Shown here one piece after another: positions 57,371-64,000 of a stretch of DNA of 64,000 nt; the stretch's first letter is position 1; the number at the start of each line of letters is the position of its first letter. The position numbers were made by a program, and so were the translations under genes. The DNA comes from Blastocystis sp. Blastoise (lineage: Eukaryota; Protista; Bigyra: Opalinata): the NCBI GenBank assembly GCA_039096225.1, contig JBBPEB010000004.1:186001-250000 (forward strand), given 5' to 3'. The notes beneath the pieces were generated by a model. It did not search any database, had not been told where the DNA came from, and saw only the letters and a program-made list of their open reading frames with translations.

Positions 57371-58186
57371 ATGAGTTCTACCACAAGAATCAACGATAGA
57401 AATGCTTATAAATCTAGGAAGATAAGAGATTTGACTCCAAAGTCTGAGCCTCATTTCCAGAATGATTTAGATATTCAAAAGAATACTGATGAAGATTCAA
57501 AATCTATGATAACTACAACTAAAGATAGTAGTTCAATATTAGAGACTCCAGAGAGAAAGAGTAGTTATATTCCTGGGAAGATTTCTGTAAAATTTAGGAA
57601 AGAAGGAAGAAGTAATCGTTTAGCAAGACTTGCTAATATTGTTACTACTTATAATCCGGATGAAGATAATGATAGCAATCAAGGAGATCTTAATAAAAGT
57701 CCTTCTGAATTTACTTTGCAAAGAAAATTGACTCCAAGTACAGCTCATCTAGTTAGTTTTAAGAAAAATGATGCAAATCCATCAAATTTTGATAAATTTG
57801 TAAATAAATTGAAAGAAGATAAAGATGATAGTGAAGATAATTATGTAGATTCCGATGATTCATTATTATTTTCAGATAAAAAGAAAATAGTTGATGATGA
57901 ATCAACTAGTGTTATTTCAAGTGCAACTGCCTATAATAAATTAATAAATAATAATAATAAAGATGGAATAAATATTATTAAGAATGAGATTCATGATAAT
58001 GAAAATGTGAAGAAATCTTCAAGAAATATGAATAAAGATGAAGATAATGAAGATAGTGAAAATATAGATACATTTGATGAAAATGAGAGTTTACCTACTT
58101 TTAAAATGAAACGACCTCGTGGTCAAGCTGTTTCTATTGATATTAAATCTAATAAATCTAATAATAATAATAATAATAATAATAGT

Positions 58187-58234
<48 letters not shown>

Positions 58235-61200
58235 CAATTACAAAATTCTCCTCCAATAAAAAATCGTGGTCAATCAATATATAGTATTCCTTCTTCAGGT
58301 ATGTCTACTTTTTCTGATCCTTCCTATTTAAATTTATATAATCAACAACATAATATGAATAATATGAATAACATGAATATGAATAATATGAATAATAATA
58401 CTAATTATATAGGATCAAACACATCTGTATTTAGTGGATATCCTCAATCTGTTTATTCTATGAATAATATGAATAATATAAATAATCCTCAATCTTCTGA
58501 TTTATTTAATACATGTAATGGCTCAATAAGTCTATCATATCATGCACCTAATAATAATAATAATAATAATAATACGAATAATAATAATAATATGAATAAT
58601 AATAATAATATGAATAATAATAATAATAATAATAAATCAAATGGTATATATAAGTCTCCTAACGATCAAATATCTTCAAATGATAATGAGCAATCCAATT
58701 TACAACTTAATAAAGATACAAATAATGGTATACCCACATTAAAGCCAATGATTTCTACAACAGCGATATTAGAAGAACCAATTAATTATGATGATATTCC
58801 TGACTCAGTTTCTGTTGCTAATAATAATAATAATAATAATAATATTAATACTATATATGATAATCAAAATATGAATATGAATAATATAAATATGAATAAT
58901 ATGAATATGAATATGAATCCTGTGAATAATAATAATAATAATATGAATATTATAAATGATACTAATAGTATGTATACAATTCCTACTACAAACACATCTA
59001 TGTATATGAATTCTAATAGAATAAATTCTGTTATGAATCCTTATATGAATAATAATATGAATATGAATCCATATCTTAATCCATATTTAATGAATATGAA
59101 TAATATGAATAATATGAATATGAATAATATGAATATGAATAATATGAATAATATGAATATGAATAATATGAATAATATGAATAATATGAATAATATGAAT
59201 AATATGAATAATATGAATAATAATATGAATAATATGAATAATAATATGAATAATGTGAATTTAGCAAATCAACAATATTTGATGCAAATTGAAGAATTAG
59301 AAAAACGTCGTTTATTGTTAATTAAACAAAAAGAAATTGAAAAATTAAAATTGGAATTAGAAATGCAGCATAGTCAATTATCTCAACAAAATATACAATT
59401 ACCTTTTAGTCCTGTTTCAAGTGAAAGTATTTATATATAGTTAATATAATCATATATATATATATATTAATTCTATTTTTCTATAGTTAAAAGTTGTTAT
59501 ACAAATAATAATAATATGAATAATAATAATAATAATAATAATATGAATAATATGAATAATAACATGAATAATAATATGAATAATAATATGAATAATGAGA
59601 ATACATATATTTCACATCAATCTATATATGATACTCCTGCTTCTGTTCCTACTCCTATATTTCCACCTCCTTCTTCTTCTTTTCTTCCTCCTATATCTAC
59701 TAAAAATATAAATAACAATAATAATATAAATAATAATAATACTATAAATAATAATAATAATATAAATCAAAATCAACCTAATATAATGAATGATACTACA
59801 ATGTCTATTCAAAATTTTAATACTACCTATTCAAATAATAGTTCTGTTTCTCCATATTATACTAATAATACACCTAATAATATATATATAAATCCTACAG
59901 ATAATAATTCTATTAATGCTTATCCTTCAAATTCTTCTTCTTCATATAATAATCAAAATATGAATGAAATTATGAATATAAACTCAAGTACTTTTTTATC
60001 ATCTGGTATTTATATATACTATTTTATTAATATATTACTTATATAATAGATATTAACCAAAACCAACAACAATTTGAATCTACTTCTTCATTTAATAATC
60101 CTTATTCAAATGATAATGCGTATATATTTATAATTATATAATTATATATATTTTTAATTTTTATTAGGACATATCAAATTGAACCAGGAAATGTAAATAT
60201 ATATATATATATATTTATTAATTTAAATTTAAAATAAATATGAATATATAGCCACTTATAATGACTCCAAAATCTAATGTTGATGATGAACTTATTGTAT
60301 ATCTATATATATCTTATTATTATTGTATAATAAAATAATAAATATAATATATATTTAGAATGAAGAGAAAAAACAAAGAAGAGAATTGTATATATATTCT
60401 TATTGTTATTCTATATATATTTATTAAATATTTAAAAGTATTATTGTTACTATATTGTATAGTATTGATTTATATGTGAATCATTTGAACCCTGAAGAAA
60501 GACACAGGGGTGAAGAAATTAAACAACATGTCGAAGACAATGAAAATCAAATAGATATTATCGTATATATATATTTCTATATATTATTATTATATTATTC
60601 TTTTTAAAAAATAATATACTTTTATTTAATAATTATGATTGTTATATTATTTGAATAATGATGATGATTATTATTAATATAGATACATGATATTGAAACA
60701 ATGAAAGAACAGTATGTTTCAAGAGTCTTAGAAAAAATCAATTCTATTCAATCTTGTATAACAGAAGTTGAATCATCGTTAAATAGTTTAGAAAAAGAAT
60801 ATTTACCTTCTACACAAATTGTATATTTATTGTTATTTCATTATTTATTATTTATTATTTATTATTTATTATTTATTATTTATTATTTATTAATTATTAA
60901 TTATTATTTATTAATTATTAATTATTATTTATTAATTATTAATTATTATTTATTTATTAATTATTAATTTAATTATCTTTATTAAGCCTTATATATTGAA
61001 TAGTTATTTGCAAATAATCAGCAGGATGTTATAAATAGAAGAAAAACATTAAGAGATAATTTTACTGAGGAAATAAATGAAGCTACAAATAAAACAAATG
61101 AACTTATTATTGATTCTGTATACATTTCTATACTAGTTTTAATACATTATTTATATATAGAAAGTTACATTATTTGATCGATTTTTAAAGTCGATGGTAA

Positions 61201-61364
61201 GTAAATTTTCTATTTATTATTCCTCGTTACTCAATTATATACATTCATTTAATCAACCTCCTAATAATGATGATATAATTGAAGACATACATGAAAATAA
61301 TAAATATCATTATAATAATCATAATAATGATGATGAAGATGATGATGACGACACTATTAACTAA
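57371..61364 (+). CDS. Hypothetical Asn/Met-rich low-complexity protein with C-terminal coiled coil
   Basis: First exon of about 685 aa, (NMN)n tracts, nine GT-AG introns in phase, TAA at 61362-61364. Confidence 0.75.
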
Positions 61365-61663
61365 TATAATTATTTATTTATTTATTTATATATCAATCTC
61401 TATTTTTGTTTCTATTTTATTTGGATGTTTCTATATTGATTCACTAGTATATCGTTTCTTATTGATTCACTAGTATATTGTTTCATTTTTTCCATTTTTT
61501 AATATTTTTCTTCAATTTTTCATTTTTCTTTTATTATAAAACTCGTCAATACTATTATTATAGTACAAATGTGCTTAAAACTCATAATTGAATATGGTTC
61601 GTATTGAATCAAAATTAGTTTTGCTAATTTTTAAATCAAATGTTTCGTTGAATAACTAATGAA

Positions 61664-61846
61664 CAGTCCCTTCCCTCACTTTTGTGACAGTTGTCATGAC
61701 AATAGTTGACTGTCACTTTCACCCAGACTTAATTTGACTTAATCATAAAAATATAAAACTACACTGTCAAAAATAAATATTTTGTCACAAATTTTGGTGA
61801 CAATTGCCATATGGCAAAAAAAAAAAGGGCCTCAGGGAAGGGGCTG
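61664..61846. mobile_element. 183-bp non-autonomous hAT-type MITE
   Basis: 13-bp TIRs CAGTCCCTTCCCT / AGGGAAGGGGCTG (1 mismatch). Perfect 8-bp TSD CTAATGAA at 61656-61663 and 61847-61854. Internal TGACA/TGTCA subterminal repeats. Confidence 0.9.
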
Positions 61847-62026
61847 CTAATGAACAACTACAATATTTCTTATTCTATTTAGATTAAATGATTGGACTAA
61901 AATATAGAAATAGCCAATAAAATACGTTAATAAGTTCAGAGTGTCCAATATATTTTTGATATCATCTTTTCTATATATGAGAATTTCTTTCTTTGCTTAT
62001 GATCATTATATCCGATCGTCTATATC

Positions 62027-63793
62027 ATGCCTTTTCTTATAAATAATTCATATATAAAGTATGTTCTTGAGATCATTCTGTGAGTTACTTGATCCATATG
62101 TTTAGTTACTGCTGTATATATTATATTATTCTATAGTACGTTGGTTCTAGTGATCATTGCTTTATTTCTGTTTCTTATTATTACAACTGATTCACCATCC
62201 AAAATTATTCTTAGTAGTTTCATGATTTCTCATTCTTCTATTTACTCAAGCAAGGACACTCTGAATGTAGTGAAAAACAAACCACGAAATATCTATCATT
62301 ATTTTGATCATTATCCTATTAAGCCTAAAAATTCCAGTTTCCCAATTCGTCCTACTCTTATTATTGTAATTAAAACAAAGAAGATAACAGAAAAAACACT
62401 TGAATTATCAATATTGAATTCTATTCATATAGATCGTCAACAAATCTTTATTATTCAAACAAATTCTCCAAATGAATCTCAATATTTTCCCTATGAATCT
62501 ACAATTTGTTCTAATATTTCATTTCCTTATTGTATCTACACAAATTATGATCAAACTGATAATTTTTCTTTCTTTTTATCAATTTTTTATCCTTCAGATT
62601 ATGTTTTATATATAGATGAAGATCAATTAACTTTAGATATAAAAGAAAAATTAACTAATGAATGGCTTACAAATGCAATTAATTCTATTGAAACTAATGA
62701 TATTAATTTATTTTCTTGTTCATTAACAGTCAATTATTTTTTTCATAGAAATTATATTCAAATGAATGCATGCTTATTGATGAAGCAAGCATTAATTCGT
62801 AAAATACTAAGTTATACATCTATTAATAAAAATATTATAAGTATTATAGATTATATTCCTTATTTCTTTCAAATAGAAAATAAAACTATGTTTTATGATT
62901 CATTTATTATTAGTAAAACATATCATCCCATGACTTATCCTTCTCTTCTTCCTCAAGTTTTTAAATGTACTTATAATAATGATAATAAAAGTGATAATTC
63001 ACTTACTTTATTATTACCTATATATAAGAGAATAACTTCTATAAATATACTAAATCTCCTAGAAAAACAAACAAAGAAACCAGATATTATTATTATATTA
63101 CAAAATTTACATTATATAGAATTTCCAAAAGAAGCGTTTCTTAATCGAACTATGCCTACTTATTATATATGGTGTAGTAACTGGAATAGTAAATATCATA
63201 TGAAAACATTCTTAGCTTCTCTATTTACTACTACATTTGCAATGACAACCGATGATGATTATTATATTGATGATTATAATGCTATTAATAATACTTTATC
63301 TTTATTAAATAAAAAAGAATCTATGTATGGTGTTTGGGGAGGAATGAATTTAAGAGATATTAATGATCAACATTTTTCAAATGTAAAAAGAGATCATAAT
63401 TTAGTAGATCATGCTGCATATATAGTATTTTTTAGACCTAGAATGTCTAAAATAAACATGAGATATAATCAAGCTACTTATTATGCTGGAGAAGATATTG
63501 GTTTAGGAGCTATTAATTATTTAGAATGTAATACTACTAGTTATATAACTAACTTTCGTTCTCATAATCATTCAGATGATGAATTTAGATCAATTATTCA
63601 AAATGATGATACAATGATTGTGAACAGTTATAAAAATATAACTAATCCTAATAATACAAAATTCCTTGTTAATATGAGTTATAATAAGATTTATAATTAT
63701 TATTTAACTATTGGATTCAAAAGCTATTTCTATCGAATATCAAATGAAACTGTTACTAGTACTCATAATGCTAGGTTACCCATTGAATTTTAA
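62027..63793 (+). CDS. Type II membrane GT-A fold glycosyltransferase-like protein (two tandem GT-A-like halves)
   Basis: ATG at 62027, single intron 62080-62136 and N-terminal TM anchor. LTLLLPIYKR...QTKKPD, DxD-like TTDDD and YIDED, and GEDIGL motifs. Confidence 0.7.
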
Positions 63794-64000
63794 GAAATTA
63801 TTTTTCTTCTTATTCAAGATGCTATTGTTGTAAATATTCTACTATCTTGCTATATATAAAAAGAACTTATATATAAAAATATATCAATTTAAAATATTTA
63901 AAGAGTATTTTGATTATACTTCTTTATAATTATCATTCTTTTTTGAGTAATCAAGATTTAAAAGTTATTTTGAGAAATAACTACAATATTTGCCGACTTT

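Overview
Extremely AT-rich, intron-dense eukaryotic (protist-like) nuclear DNA. The gene content and style would fit a Blastocystis/Proteromonas-type gut stramenopile, but that is inference only. Manual splicing gives 16 protein genes with about 125 short introns, almost all GTAT...ATAG and often made of (TA)n/(ATT)n microsatellite. They are: a Myb-like factor, VPS45, a NIPA-type Mg transporter, a RING protein, a Cys-rich type I membrane protein, a CCCH protein, a UBA/CUE-like UBAP2/Def1-type protein, SSRP1/POB3, DCAF1/VprBP, mevalonate kinase, a GH35 beta-galactosidase, a C2H2 protein, a GT-A glycosyltransferase-like protein and three hypotheticals. Most short ORFs in the track are intron or microsatellite artefacts. 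The unusual signals are mostly in RNA processing. (i) Two textbook U12-type AT-AC introns. (ii) Three introns in otherwise intact genes that can only be spliced with non-canonical termini (GT-AC, CT-AG, GT-GG). (iii) Two multi-exon, apparently non-coding, GGU-rich transcription units with uniform AAG|GT donors; one folds into a long hairpin only after splicing. They flank an intron-retaining pseudogene whose eight splice-phase-supported stops are all TAA/TAG. There is also a 183-bp hAT-type MITE with an 8-bp TSD, a degenerate ~0.85-kb foldback element and a striking excess of CCGCGG/CCGTG motifs.
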